A stretch of 63,752 nt of DNA, filler included, from Lama guanicoe (GCA_013239625.1; 208 parts of 208 records of this genome joined end to end with filler, not necessarily neighbours in it); one strand, 5' to 3'; numbered from the whole stretch's first letter, positions 22,793-36,430 are shown. Translations and numbers: made by a program. Notes: generated by a model not told the origin, from the sequence alone.

Positions 22793-25785
22793 GTAAGTCG
22801 GGGGTGTTGTCACGAGGTCTTTCGGAGACCGAAGACTCCTTCACATCCCCACGGGCCCTACCACCGTGACAACGAATCTGGCTTGGGGTCCAGATGATCT
22901 GGTTCAAAACCAGGCTTTAGCANNNNNNNNNNNNNNNNNNNNNNNNNNNNNNNNNNNNNNNNNNNNTTAATTAATTAANNNNNNNNNNNNNNNNNNNNNN
23001 NNNNNNNNNNNNNNNNNNNNNNATAGAAGGCTACCTGCTATAGTAAGCAAGGTAAAGGGCCAGCGAGGGGACGGGGCAGGCGACAGACCTGGGTTCAAGT
23101 CCCAGCTTAGTCAGGTCATCACAGCTCCATGGACCCAGCTTCCTCTCTACAAACAGCATGGAGAAGCTAGAAGGACTCTTAGAGGCCATCAGGTCTCCTG
23201 GTGTTTATATGAGGAAGCTGAGAATTGCCNNNNNNNNNNNNNNNNNNNNNNNNNNNNNNNNNNNNNNNNNNNNTTAATTAATTAANNNNNNNNNNNNNNN
23301 NNNNNNNNNNNNNNNNNNNNNNNNNNNNNAAGGACTTCTGTTCACTCCATCTGTTAAAAGAAACCCTGTCCCGTGCCCGGGTGATGGGCGGGCCAGGGAG
23401 CGTGGGTCTGCACGCAGTGTCCTGCACCTGCATCAGGAGTGACATCCCGGCCCCCCGAGCACCTGCGACCCTGGGTGTCGGTGCGCTGAGCTGGGCGAAG
23501 CTGGAGGGGTCCCCGGGAGGAGCTGACTACAGCCATNNNNNNNNNNNNNNNNNNNNNNNNNNNNNNNNNNNNNNNNNNNNTTAATTAATTAANNNNNNNN
23601 NNNNNNNNNNNNNNNNNNNNNNNNNNNNNNNNNNNNGGATGTCCACTACGTACTGTGATTTCAGATCTCAGCCCGTGTGTGTCACAGGGGCACGTGCGGT
23701 TGTGTGAGTTACGTGCCGCAGTCTGGAGTGATCTGTGACCACCACAGCAGCACACGGTCTGTGGCTGTTCATCTCCTCCCCGCGTGTCCTCCCATCAGTT
23801 CTTTCCTTCCCTGGAGGATGCCCAACTTTCCCTGATAACCACCNNNNNNNNNNNNNNNNNNNNNNNNNNNNNNNNNNNNNNNNNNNNTTAATTAATTAAN
23901 NNNNNNNNNNNNNNNNNNNNNNNNNNNNNNNNNNNNNNNNNNNCCAGGTGCCAGTGAGATCCTTCTCATCTATCCCCGGTTCCAGCCCAGGTGACCCCTG
24001 CAGTTTCTGTTCTTGCTTGGGAAGCAGGAATCTTACTGAGGCTGGGCCCTCCCCCGGTACACCCACCATGCAGCCATCTCCTTGGAGGCCTGGCCACCTC
24101 ACAGAGCAAGACCAGGAGGCAAGGCTGTGTGGCTTCCTAGGAACCACAAGNNNNNNNNNNNNNNNNNNNNNNNNNNNNNNNNNNNNNNNNNNNNTTAATT
24201 AATTAANNNNNNNNNNNNNNNNNNNNNNNNNNNNNNNNNNNNNNNNNNNNGAAGCTGATTGATTTCCTACATTAGGCAGAGAAAACTAAAATCCCCCAAG
24301 GAAACATTTAACATGAATAAAAAAAAAACAGGGAATATTAATACACCGTGTCTGTGAGTCCAGCATATTTTATTTCCTTCATAGTTCATATAACGTTCAT
24401 TGAAAACGTAGTGCCTTCATGCATATTTGAAGTAAAACTCCCCTCTGACTTCATTGGNNNNNNNNNNNNNNNNNNNNNNNNNNNNNNNNNNNNNNNNNNN
24501 NTTAATTAATTAANNNNNNNNNNNNNNNNNNNNNNNNNNNNNNNNNNNNNNNNNNNNGAATTGATAAAACTTCCTCCAATAGAGCATGCTGGCTCCCTCG
24601 CGCCCTTCTGCCCAGCCCTGAGCCTCGAGTGGGTGGCTACCTGTCTCCCACCCACCCAGGGTAGGCAGGAAAATGCAACCCCCTCACCGTAAGCTTATAG
24701 ACTCATTTTAGCATGAGCAAATATGAAGTGTTCAGAGATCAGGAAGGTTGCTAGTGGATGTTTANNNNNNNNNNNNNNNNNNNNNNNNNNNNNNNNNNNN
24801 NNNNNNNNTTAATTAATTAANNNNNNNNNNNNNNNNNNNNNNNNNNNNNNNNNNNNNNNNNNNNAGATCATGTCAGCCTAACATGCTTTCTCTAAACAGG
24901 CCTCTGTTGGCTACATAAAGTCTCAGAGAAAAGGCTCTTTGCTATGAGTAATAAAAGTTTTTAAAGGCTCAGATAAAAGCAATTCTCTTCTCTCCTTTTT
25001 TTTTTAAGGTAATTTTTGTGGGAAAAAAAAGAGCTCAGTTTCTTTGGGACATGGACCGTCTCTCAAGTTTANNNNNNNNNNNNNNNNNNNNNNNNNNNNN
25101 NNNNNNNNNNNNNNNTTAATTAATTAANNNNNNNNNNNNNNNNNNNNNNNNNNNNNNNNNNNNNNNNNNNNATGTATGTATGTATGTATGTGTTTGTGGC
25201 GTGTCAGCTAATCAAGACATTGTTCTATATGTTACTGTCCTGCAGTGATGGATAAAATAGACAAGTATCCATGAAGTCAATGGTGTACATTCTAGTGGAG
25301 CGAGAGGCATAATAAACACAAGTATGTCATAAGATTCCATAGGCATGAGTGCTGTGGACACAAAAGAAGCAAGAAAGGNNNNNNNNNNNNNNNNNNNNNN
25401 NNNNNNNNNNNNNNNNNNNNNNTTAATTAATTAANNNNNNNNNNNNNNNNNNNNNNNNNNNNNNNNNNNNNNNNNNNNTGACTGAGCCTCCAACCGGCTG
25501 CGTGACACTGAGCAAGTCATTGCCCCTCTGTGTGCCTCAGACTCCTCCAGGGTGAGGTGAGAGGGTGGAAGCCCTCAAAATCTGTGGTTTTGGGATCTTA
25601 TTTCTGTACAACCCCAGAGTTTATACACCTCAAGGATATGGACTCATATGGCTATTTCATAAACAAAGTCTGTAACACTAAAAAANNNNNNNNNNNNNNN
25701 NNNNNNNNNNNNNNNNNNNNNNNNNNNNNTTAATTAATTAANNNNNNNNNNNNNNNNNNNNNNNNNNNNNNNNNNNNNNNNNNNN

Positions 25786-26606
25786 CCGGACTGCCGGGCC
25801 AGGGACCTCCCGCGCCCACCGGCTCCCGCCACCCGGCTGCGTGGACCCGGCGCCAGTGCGGGGGCGGCGCGCCGCGGGGGCTGGGCGTCCCGGCGTCCCG
25901 CGTGAGCCCCGCGGAGGGATCCGCGCGCAGACCCGCCGGCCGTCGAGGGCGCGGCCGGCCGCCCGACCCAGTTCCTGTCCCGCGGCGGCGGCNNNNNNNN
26001 NNNNNNNNNNNNNNNNNNNNNNNNNNNNNNNNNNNNTTAATTAATTAANNNNNNNNNNNNNNNNNNNNNNNNNNNNNNNNNNNNNNNNNNNNGGGTCTTC
26101 GCGGAATAACTGCTGGTGGAAGGAGCTCTGCACAGGGCTGGGGGGGGTGTGTCAGCAGATGCAGTGGAAGGCTGCTCCTGACTGGACGGCCGGGAGGCCT
26201 CCGCGAGGCCGGTACCTGAGAAGCGGGGTCACTGCTTCCACAGGTACGAGCGAGCTGCACCAGGGCGCTGCGGACACCTGCCCAGCGCCGCAAAGCGCTN
26301 NNNNNNNNNNNNNNNNNNNNNNNNNNNNNNNNNNNNNNNNNNNTTAATTAATTAANNNNNNNNNNNNNNNNNNNNNNNNNNNNNNNNNNNNNNNNNNNNC
26401 GCCGGGAGCCTGGGCTGTGTGAAAGGGGCGCGGGGCGCGGCGGGGAGGCTGGAGGAGTCACTTATGCCGGGTGCGACGTCCGCGGTGACCAGGAGGCTGA
26501 CAGATCGCCCTGGGAGTGTGGCCACGAGCTCTCTAAGTGGAAGGGGAGCACGGAGGCTTTTTAGGGGCGGTTACCGAGCGAGGCTCAGGAATTCTGTAAG
26601 GAGCCC
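25786..26606. promoter_or_regulatory. Three consecutive CpG-island-like fragments (25786..25992, 26093..26299, 26400..26606)
   Basis: High GC and CpG density. These are separate contigs and are not demonstrably linked. Confidence 0.5.
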
Positions 26607-29469
26607 NNNNNNNNNNNNNNNNNNNNNNNNNNNNNNNNNNNNNNNNNNNNTTAATTAATTAANNNNNNNNNNNNNNNNNNNNNNNNNNNNNNNNNNNNNN
26701 NNNNNNTCACCCTGAAAGACAACTCTCTCTCTTCTCCCCTTTCACTCCTCCCCTCCTTATCTCTGAATTAATCATTTATTGAGAAACATTCTGCCTGGAC
26801 CTTTCCTGCTTCTGGTCACCATTGGTCCAGTATATAGTAGTGTTCAACAGAAAAGCTGAAAATGTACTGTATAATTTCCAAAGATAAAATATATTTCATT
26901 GTTGAACTGATTCNNNNNNNNNNNNNNNNNNNNNNNNNNNNNNNNNNNNNNNNNNNNTTAATTAATTAANNNNNNNNNNNNNNNNNNNNNNNNNNNNNNN
27001 NNNNNNNNNNNNNTCTAAAGTAAGTCTGAGTTTGAAAATCAATGTTAAACATGTATTTGGAAAAACAGCTAAAAAGATATCCATACTGGATATACTCTGG
27101 TAAAAATTTTATTTTAAAACTCTGAAATCACGTATTACACACATCCATGTTTAAAAACAACAGATTATCTTCATGAACAAAAATCTATATATTTAAAACA
27201 TTTCCACTATATCAAATGTCNNNNNNNNNNNNNNNNNNNNNNNNNNNNNNNNNNNNNNNNNNNNTTAATTAATTAANNNNNNNNNNNNNNNNNNNNNNNN
27301 NNNNNNNNNNNNNNNNNNNNCAAAAAAAAATTATAGGCTAGGGCCGTTCAGGAGACCAAGTCTTTCGTTTGGTGTTTAGAGCTGTGAGGGTTTGTTCCTC
27401 AGAGAATCTTACCCGGGAGGTGACCTTCCTCCACAACGGTAGCATCTCACCACCTAACTTTCCCTCCAGTGTCCCAGGGCCCAGTTAAATATCATAGGAG
27501 AGGCAAGATACCCTTTGTTTGGAGATANNNNNNNNNNNNNNNNNNNNNNNNNNNNNNNNNNNNNNNNNNNNTTAATTAATTAANNNNNNNNNNNNNNNNN
27601 NNNNNNNNNNNNNNNNNNNNNNNNNNNGAAAAGGAATATGTGTATGTATATGACCAAAATGTGTATGGATGGATTATACCGTACACCAGAAATTGACACA
27701 ACATTGTAAACTGACTATAAGTAGTGGGTGAGACACACGCCCATGTTATGGAAAACAGCTGAGATGCTGTGGCTCTTAGCACAGCGCCACACCACCCACC
27801 CCCACCCATGCGATGCTGCTGAGGCAGTCAGCCANNNNNNNNNNNNNNNNNNNNNNNNNNNNNNNNNNNNNNNNNNNNTTAATTAATTAANNNNNNNNNN
27901 NNNNNNNNNNNNNNNNNNNNNNNNNNNNNNNNNNGAGGTCCCACTCTCCCAGGACTCCAACCTTCTTAGCGACGCCCAGTTCACCTTTGCCTGTGTCCCA
28001 GTGTCCAAACTGCTGGCACATCCCTAGTGCCGTCCCCCAGCAGGCTCCAGAGTGGGCAGTGAAGGCCTGGGAGGAGGGAGCCCTCCAGAAAGGAGCACTT
28101 CAGATGGGGTGGAGGGGAAGACCCTCCAGGCAAAGAAAACCNNNNNNNNNNNNNNNNNNNNNNNNNNNNNNNNNNNNNNNNNNNNTTAATTAATTAANNN
28201 NNNNNNNNNNNNNNNNNNNNNNNNNNNNNNNNNNNNNNNNNTTCAGAGCTGGAAAATAAATCTGACACCAGCTTTATTCTGTTGTATAAACAGTGAGCTT
28301 GAGAAATGGAATCTCTTTATACTTTTACCATAGATTTACTTAAAACAAGGGTAAGAGGGAGAATTTATGTCCCTATGACTTAGGGTTATATTTTGGGATA
28401 TGTTGGGATATTTCAATTAATATGATTTGAAGAAAGCTCCCTGATCATNNNNNNNNNNNNNNNNNNNNNNNNNNNNNNNNNNNNNNNNNNNNTTAATTAA
28501 TTAANNNNNNNNNNNNNNNNNNNNNNNNNNNNNNNNNNNNNNNNNNNNTTACTGTCATCTCAGAAATTTAATATTACAATTGAGAATGGGGCCAAAAGGA
28601 AAAGAGAACCACATCTTTATTTAAATATTGATTCTTGATGTAAGAGTAGAAAAAAAGCTCATAGAATCAGTGGGTCTTGTGTGTTCACCTTCTCCCCTAT
28701 ACCAAAAAAAAAAAGTATATGTGGAAATAAGATGGCAAATTTATTCAGTCCTGACNNNNNNNNNNNNNNNNNNNNNNNNNNNNNNNNNNNNNNNNNNNNT
28801 TAATTAATTAANNNNNNNNNNNNNNNNNNNNNNNNNNNNNNNNNNNNNNNNNNNNCAATCTAGAATTCTACACCCAGGGGAAAAGGTAAGGGGAAATTCA
28901 GGCAATTCAAACAGACAATTGGAAAGTCTTCACTAAAGGAAATTTTGAAAAATGTACCCTAGGGTAGGAGGAAGGTGATTCTCAGATGAAAGTACTGAAT
29001 GTACGAAGGCTTGAAAGAATGTGAAGTAATAAATACTTTAGTAAATCTAAACAAGTCATTTGNNNNNNNNNNNNNNNNNNNNNNNNNNNNNNNNNNNNNN
29101 NNNNNNTTAATTAATTAANNNNNNNNNNNNNNNNNNNNNNNNNNNNNNNNNNNNNNNNNNNNTCTTCTTGGAGTGTTTGTTATAAAGTAATAGATAACTG
29201 ACAAACTTTTTGTTTGTTTGTTTGCTTAGGTTATCCCCTTTGATTGGAAAGCACAATCCCCTGGTTTAGCCACCACCACCATCAGCCCCTGCTTGTACTC
29301 TCCATCTTTTAAACTCCATCACGATCTCCATTTTCCAGCTCAAGCAGCACCATTCTCGAGTTCCCTAAANNNNNNNNNNNNNNNNNNNNNNNNNNNNNNN
29401 NNNNNNNNNNNNNTTAATTAATTAANNNNNNNNNNNNNNNNNNNNNNNNNNNNNNNNNNNNNNNNNNNN

Positions 29470-29676
29470 TCCGCCAAGACAAACAAGGAGCTGGGTTCTG
29501 GCCCAAAGCAGGGACAAGACTGTTCCTCGGTCTTCCCGGAGCCCACCTGCGGAGCGCCGACCCGAGGCGGAGCGCACAGCCGCACAGAGCAGCGGAGCGA
29601 CCGGCGCCAGGAGAGGATGGGCGCAGGAACACAGCCCCTGACCGTGGTGCTGGGAGGGGGCGCGACCCGCCCTCCT
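29470..29676. promoter_or_regulatory. CpG-island-like fragment
   Basis: GC/CpG-rich. Confidence 0.45.
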
Positions 29677-30390
29677 NNNNNNNNNNNNNNNNNNNNNNNN
29701 NNNNNNNNNNNNNNNNNNNNTTAATTAATTAANNNNNNNNNNNNNNNNNNNNNNNNNNNNNNNNNNNNNNNNNNNNTCAATGAGAACAGAGCAAGCTTAA
29801 TAATAATACATCTCCTCAGAAGCTCACATGGCCCTCCAACAGACAGATCAGTTTATAATTTAGGACATTCAGATGTATGATTTAGACCTTGTTTCTGAAC
29901 TGCAAAGTTATTTTCTCCAGGACTGAAGCCAGTACTTCAGGACAGATTCTAAACATTGTCTGTAGCAGAAGAGATTCTCAGGGNNNNNNNNNNNNNNNNN
30001 NNNNNNNNNNNNNNNNNNNNNNNNNNNTTAATTAATTAANNNNNNNNNNNNNNNNNNNNNNNNNNNNNNNNNNNNNNNNNNNNAATGAGTACCTGGACTG
30101 CATTAGGCACTTGAATGTTATTTCCTCCTCATTTCATAAACCTTCTCTTCAATAGAATGAAGGACAATGACAGCAAAGGACGGGGTTACTTGCACTGCTA
30201 CAAGCAAAGAAGAATTGTGAAATCCTATCAGTGATTCAGCATCATGTAAATAAAGTGTATAGATCTTGATTCTATTCTTTTTTTTTTTTTNNNNNNNNNN
30301 NNNNNNNNNNNNNNNNNNNNNNNNNNNNNNNNNNTTAATTAATTAANNNNNNNNNNNNNNNNNNNNNNNNNNNNNNNNNNNNNNNNNNNN

Positions 30391-30597
30391 ACACTGCAGA
30401 AGAAATGAAAAATAAAATGAAAAGTCAACCAACACAATGTGAGAATATATTTACAAGTGATATTTTCCAATCAAGGGTTATTATGTAACTACATGTCAAA
30501 CATATACACCACCACAACAACAAAAAAGACCAAACAATACAATTAAACAAAGTGTCCGTACAAACTGAATAGTTAGATATGAATCAATTTTCTGTAG
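30391..30597 (+). mobile_element. Degenerate L1 ORF2 C-terminal relic
   Basis: aaaatgaaaagtcaaccaacacaatgtgagaatatatttacaagtgat (MKSQPTQCENIF, resembling L1 MKRQPTEWEKIF). Confidence 0.75.
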
Positions 30598-31926
30598 NNN
30601 NNNNNNNNNNNNNNNNNNNNNNNNNNNNNNNNNNNNNNNNNTTAATTAATTAANNNNNNNNNNNNNNNNNNNNNNNNNNNNNNNNNNNNNNNNNNNNTGA
30701 TCCGGACTCCTAGCCAGTGATGCTCATGCTGCAGCGGTCCCCACGGCGGTGGTGACATAAGGCGACACACAGAACTAGGGAACCTGCACACCTGTGGGGC
30801 TGGGCAGGTCATCCGAGGGACAGAAGCCAGCCCCGTGCGCGTCTGTCTTCTATCGGAGGGGCAGCTGCTGCTCAGCTTCTGCCTGTTAGGACCCGTGGTA
30901 ACGTNNNNNNNNNNNNNNNNNNNNNNNNNNNNNNNNNNNNNNNNNNNNTTAATTAATTAANNNNNNNNNNNNNNNNNNNNNNNNNNNNNNNNNNNNNNNN
31001 NNNNGTTTTAATTTCCCAGTGTTTGAATCCAGTTTCTACAAATAGATTCATTATGAACCACACAGAGGATGCTTTGACTATTTCTCCTAACAGAACCAAT
31101 CAAGCAAAAATTATGGTAGCTACAGCCGACATCTTAAATCTCATGACCAAGAGAGCCCAAGGGTGTGTCCAAATTCTTTTTTATCATCTGGAATCTTATG
31201 GAACAATTAATNNNNNNNNNNNNNNNNNNNNNNNNNNNNNNNNNNNNNNNNNNNNTTAATTAATTAANNNNNNNNNNNNNNNNNNNNNNNNNNNNNNNNN
31301 NNNNNNNNNNNAAACAACCCTTCTCCAGAAAGCAGAGACTCAGAGCCAGATCAACACCTTTGGTTACTGAACAACTTCCCGGTGCCAGCCAGGGCCACCA
31401 CCACCCTGGATCCTCACCACATGCCCGGTGTCCCCGGCAGCTGGGGGATGGTGAACCCGTTTGTCTAACTTGTGGCAGTTTGAAGGCCACATCCACCCTT
31501 AACATCTCCATCTATATTNNNNNNNNNNNNNNNNNNNNNNNNNNNNNNNNNNNNNNNNNNNNTTAATTAATTAANNNNNNNNNNNNNNNNNNNNNNNNNN
31601 NNNNNNNNNNNNNNNNNNGGGAGGTGAAATTGTGTTACGGAAGCAGTCCTCCTGTTTTTAATCCGAGCCTGGTCTTCCGAATAATAAAACACCACCATCC
31701 ACTACCACTGTCACCAGTGACCAAAACAGCGCGGGTCCCGAGAGCTGCGTGTCTATGCCGGGCGCTGTGTCACGTGCTTCACCTGCATTGACACACCGGA
31801 TCAGAGTAGCTCCATGAGATGTGCCNNNNNNNNNNNNNNNNNNNNNNNNNNNNNNNNNNNNNNNNNNNNTTAATTAATTAANNNNNNNNNNNNNNNNNNN
31901 NNNNNNNNNNNNNNNNNNNNNNNNNC

Positions 31927-32131
<205 letters not shown>

Positions 32132-32864
32132 GNNNNNNNNNNNNNNNNNNNNNNNNNNNNNNNNNNNNNNNNNNNNTTAATTAATTAANNNNNNNNNNNN
32201 NNNNNNNNNNNNNNNNNNNNNNNNNNNNNNNNTATTTAAATACAATTAATCAAAATTAATAGTAACCAAATAACTGGTCTTAATCGTATGTAAATGACTT
32301 GTATACCTTTTTTGATAAAATTTATCACGTATTTATTCTTGGTTTTGAATTTCCTTTCTCTAACGATTTCAGAATTTCTCATTAATAATTTTTAAAATAT
32401 TTGGCAGTAGTTTTTCATTCCCATAGATTTTAGGAACTANNNNNNNNNNNNNNNNNNNNNNNNNNNNNNNNNNNNNNNNNNNNTTAATTAATTAANNNNN
32501 NNNNNNNNNNNNNNNNNNNNNNNNNNNNNNNNNNNNNNNCTTCTGAGAAGCTCCCTGAAAATTCTTTTGGGTTTTCTAATAAAGTAATGATGGTCTTTTT
32601 TCCTATTTCTTATCCTCCAGTTTGTTAACTCATGTTTGTTTTTTTCCCTTAATACTCTGGGCAGAATCTCCAGTATATTGATGAGCATAAGGAACGCTAA
32701 CGATCATCTTTGACACTTGGTTCTAAAGAGATTCCTTCCCTTCAAGNNNNNNNNNNNNNNNNNNNNNNNNNNNNNNNNNNNNNNNNNNNNTTAATTAATT
32801 AANNNNNNNNNNNNNNNNNNNNNNNNNNNNNNNNNNNNNNNNNNNNGATAGATAAAAAACCACA

Positions 32865-33053
32865 ACCAGCATTTATTGCGCATTTACTATGTGCTAGACC
32901 CTGTGCTAAATCCTTGTCATATATTACTTTAATCCTCGAGACAATCTATACTGTAGGCACTTTTGGTCCCCATTATACAACTTAGGAGACAGAGGCGGAG
33001 AGGAACTGCCCAAGGGCATCCGGTAAGAGGCTGGCTGCGTCAGGAATTGAGCC
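32865..33053 (-). mobile_element. MIR SINE
   Basis: gcatttattgcgcatttactatgtgctagaccctgtgctaa...aatcctc..acaatc...cccattatacaa...gagacagagg. Confidence 0.7.
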
Positions 33054-33767
33054 NNNNNNNNNNNNNNNNNNNNNNNNNNNNNNNNNNNNNNNNNNNNTTA
33101 ATTAATTAANNNNNNNNNNNNNNNNNNNNNNNNNNNNNNNNNNNNNNNNNNNNTCATGTTTCCTACTATGCCATTTCTGAGCATGGTGTGACATCTGTGT
33201 GTTTGTATGTATGTAGGTATGTGTTCTGTTCATGGCCCTCCTCGCACTAGACTAAGTATGTAATATCCTAAATTTAATTGTAGAATACTTCCATTTTTTC
33301 ATATTTTAATTTTTAATTTTTATTTTTTTAATTTTTATTGAAGTGTAGTTGATTTACAATNNNNNNNNNNNNNNNNNNNNNNNNNNNNNNNNNNNNNNNN
33401 NNNNTTAATTAATTAANNNNNNNNNNNNNNNNNNNNNNNNNNNNNNNNNNNNNNNNNNNNATTCATAAGCAGAGTGTTCGAGACTGAAAATGGCAGAACG
33501 TTGTTTCCCGTGGCAGCAATTGGGTTTTCAGTCTTTTCTCTTGTAAGTGTGCCTGACTCTTTCCAACTGAGGAATCTGTTGCTTGCAACCACGGAATGCT
33601 AACCAGTGCCAGGGTGCGGTGTGGGAAGGTGTGTGTTTGTGTGTGTGCACGTCCGTCTGGGTGTAATNNNNNNNNNNNNNNNNNNNNNNNNNNNNNNNNN
33701 NNNNNNNNNNNTTAATTAATTAANNNNNNNNNNNNNNNNNNNNNNNNNNNNNNNNNNNNNNNNNNNN

Positions 33768-33974
33768 GGAATATATTTCAAATTTAAAAGAAGAAAAGAA
33801 AAAAGCTGAGAAAAAATACTAAGTGAAGTAGAGATAGCAATATATCCAATAAAGAGTTCAAGGTAATGATCACAAGGATGCTCCAACTGGAGAGAAAAGA
33901 CAAATTAACATAGTATGAATTCCATCTAAGACCTAGAAAATTTCAAGAACCACCAAACAGAGCTGAAGAATATA
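33768..33974 (+). mobile_element. L1 ORF1 N-terminal relic
   Basis: actaagtgaagtagagatagcaatat.tccaataaagagttcaaggtaatgatcacaaggatgctc...aaacagagctgaagaata. Confidence 0.7.
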
Positions 33975-34382
33975 NNNNNNNNNNNNNNNNNNNNNNNNNN
34001 NNNNNNNNNNNNNNNNNNTTAATTAATTAANNNNNNNNNNNNNNNNNNNNNNNNNNNNNNNNNNNNNNNNNNNNTGGTGTGGCCTGAGTCACTGAGTGTG
34101 AGCTTGATTCGGGGCACAAGGAATGGATAAGGGCTTTGGATTCCTGAAAGGAGAGTCTGCCTCCTTCCCCTCCTGTACTGTGAGAGTTGGCAATAAAGCT
34201 CAAAGCACATATGTCTTCAGTGACTTTCTCGGGTACCATTTGGATTAGGGTTTGGGAGGCTGGTAGAGGTCATGCATGCAGNNNNNNNNNNNNNNNNNNN
34301 NNNNNNNNNNNNNNNNNNNNNNNNNTTAATTAATTAANNNNNNNNNNNNNNNNNNNNNNNNNNNNNNNNNNNNNNNNNNNNC

Positions 34383-34586
34383 ACACAGAGGAGGAAAAAG
34401 GGGAATGCTCCAATTTTAGGAGGGCCCCAAAAGCTAGATCGCTGGCAGATATGGTGTGATTTACTGGCAGCTGGCCTGGACTGTGTGAAATTAGATGGCC
34501 AGCCATTGGAGGTGCTGATGGCTTTATGGAAGAAATTATGGCCTGAGCAACAATATACTCCACTGCCAACCTCCCATCAGGCCCGA
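34383..34586 (+). mobile_element. gag: Class III (ERV-L-like) gag C-terminal fragment, uninterrupted frame
   Basis: TQRRKKGNAPILGGPQKLDRWQIWCDLLAAGLDCVKLDGQPLEVLMALWKKLWPEQQ; fits the ERV-L gag pattern W.DL..AGV....IDG.P..VL..LW. Confidence 0.6.
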
Positions 34587-34995
34587 GANNNNNNNNNNNN
34601 NNNNNNNNNNNNNNNNNNNNNNNNNNNNNNNNTTAATTAATTAANNNNNNNNNNNNNNNNNNNNNNNNNNNNNNNNNNNNNNNNNNNNTAATTTCAGCAA
34701 CTGCCTAGGCAGTCTCTTTCTCGTCACCTGCCTTCTTTTCCCACTTAGACCAGACTCACATTCATGACCCCAATGTCAGAGGATCCCCGGACCTCACCCA
34801 TGGTTAGCACGCCCTGGACTCTGGCTCCTCTTTTATGCTAACAAGCTTTATGGTTTTCATCAACTCCTTGTGCTAATGTTCCTTAGTTTCCTGATNNNNN
34901 NNNNNNNNNNNNNNNNNNNNNNNNNNNNNNNNNNNNNNNTTAATTAATTAANNNNNNNNNNNNNNNNNNNNNNNNNNNNNNNNNNNNNNNNNNNN

Positions 34996-35202
34996 CCTGC
35001 CCAACATATATGTAACTCAGGGAAGCCTGTCTGTCCTGCTCCAGAACCCTCTGAACTGCCCGATGGACCATGCACGGTTTGGTAATTGGCTTTTGATCCA
35101 GCTTCCCCCATCTCATGGATGTAAATACATTCTGGCCATGGTTTGTATGTTTCCTCACTGGACTGAAGCCTCCCCTTATTGACAAGCTACTGCCTCTGCT
35201 GT
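34996..35202 (+). mobile_element. pol: Decayed ERV class I integrase fragment
   Basis: ...GKPV...LPDGP..VW*..IQLPPSHGCKYILAMVCMFPHWTEASPY*QATASA resembles the integrase core start W.MDFIQLP...YKY.LV.VC.FS.W.EAFP. Stops and frameshifts are present. Confidence 0.8.
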
Positions 35203-35689
35203 NNNNNNNNNNNNNNNNNNNNNNNNNNNNNNNNNNNNNNNNNNNNTTAATTAATTAANNNNNNNNNNNNNNNNNNNNNNNNNNNNNNNNNNNNNNNNNN
35301 NNAACTTGCCAAAAGGGAACATATGTATTTTAAAAACTACTCATCTTCTTTCCTAAAAAAAAATATTATACATAACTTAAACTTTTTTCCTAAGATTTCT
35401 TAAAATATGTATATGATTAAAATTGAGAACCAAAACCATTTTTAAATTAAAATAAGCAACTATTAAAGAAGTTCAAATCTGTCCTTGGTTCTTGATTAAA
35501 AGCTTTAGGNNNNNNNNNNNNNNNNNNNNNNNNNNNNNNNNNNNNNNNNNNNNTTAATTAATTAANNNNNNNNNNNNNNNNNNNNNNNNNNNNNNNNNNN
35601 NNNNNNNNNTGCCCAGGGCCCCCGGTGGCTGTGGGAGTGGGGACTCAGGGGGTCAAGCTGACTCAAGTTCAGTACAGATCGTTCCGATT

Positions 35690-35816
35690 GCTGGTGGAGA
35701 ACGGGCTCTTGCCTTGCGCAGAAAGAATTCAAGAGTGAGGCAGAGTAAGGTGAAAGCAAGTTTATTTAGAGAGAGACACACTCCACGGACAGAGTGCAGC
35801 AGAGAAAGTGACCGGC
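35690..35816 (-). mobile_element. Probable ERV LTR fragment
   Basis: ctcttgccttgcgcagaaagaattcaagagtgag...agcaagTTTATTtagaga (antisense poly(A) signal in an LTR-like context). Confidence 0.5.
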
Positions 35817-35916
35817 NNNNNNNNNNNNNNNNNNNNNNNNNNNNNNNNNNNNNNNNNNNNTTAATTAATTAANNNNNNNNNNNNNNNNNNNNNNNNNNNN
35901 NNNNNNNNNNNNNNNN

Positions 35917-36430
35917 AACCTGAAATCTTTCAAGGCAGTCAGGGGCTGTGACATAATAAGAAATACATTTGGTCTTTGTCCCTGGTTCCTGGCACAGAGA
36001 TCCTAAAACACTTATAATTTCCTGAGTGATAGGAGTGTTTTTGTTATTCATAATAAACCCCTTTTGATCACTCATAAGTTCACGCTAAGGAAGTGATTTA
36101 GGGTGGGGCCCCTAGATAGCCTCNNNNNNNNNNNNNNNNNNNNNNNNNNNNNNNNNNNNNNNNNNNNTTAATTAATTAANNNNNNNNNNNNNNNNNNNNN
36201 NNNNNNNNNNNNNNNNNNNNNNNAACCTGAAATCTTTCAAGGCAGTCAGGGGCTGTGACATAATAAGAAATATATTTGGTCTTTGTCCCTGGTTCCTGGC
36301 ACAGAGATCCTAAAACTCTTATAATTTCCTGAGTGATAGGAGTGTTTTTGTTATTCATAATAAATCCCTTTTGATCACTCGTAAGTTCACGCTAAGGAAG
36401 TGATTTAGGGTGGGGCCCCTAGATAGCCTC
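35917..36430 (+). repeat. Near-identical contig pair 2 (35917..36123 and 36224..36430), containing a MER21-like LTR 5' end
   Basis: 4 substitutions, 49-bp identical flanks. tgtgacataataagaaata.atttggtctttgtccctggttcctggcacagag is MER21-like. Confidence 0.9.
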
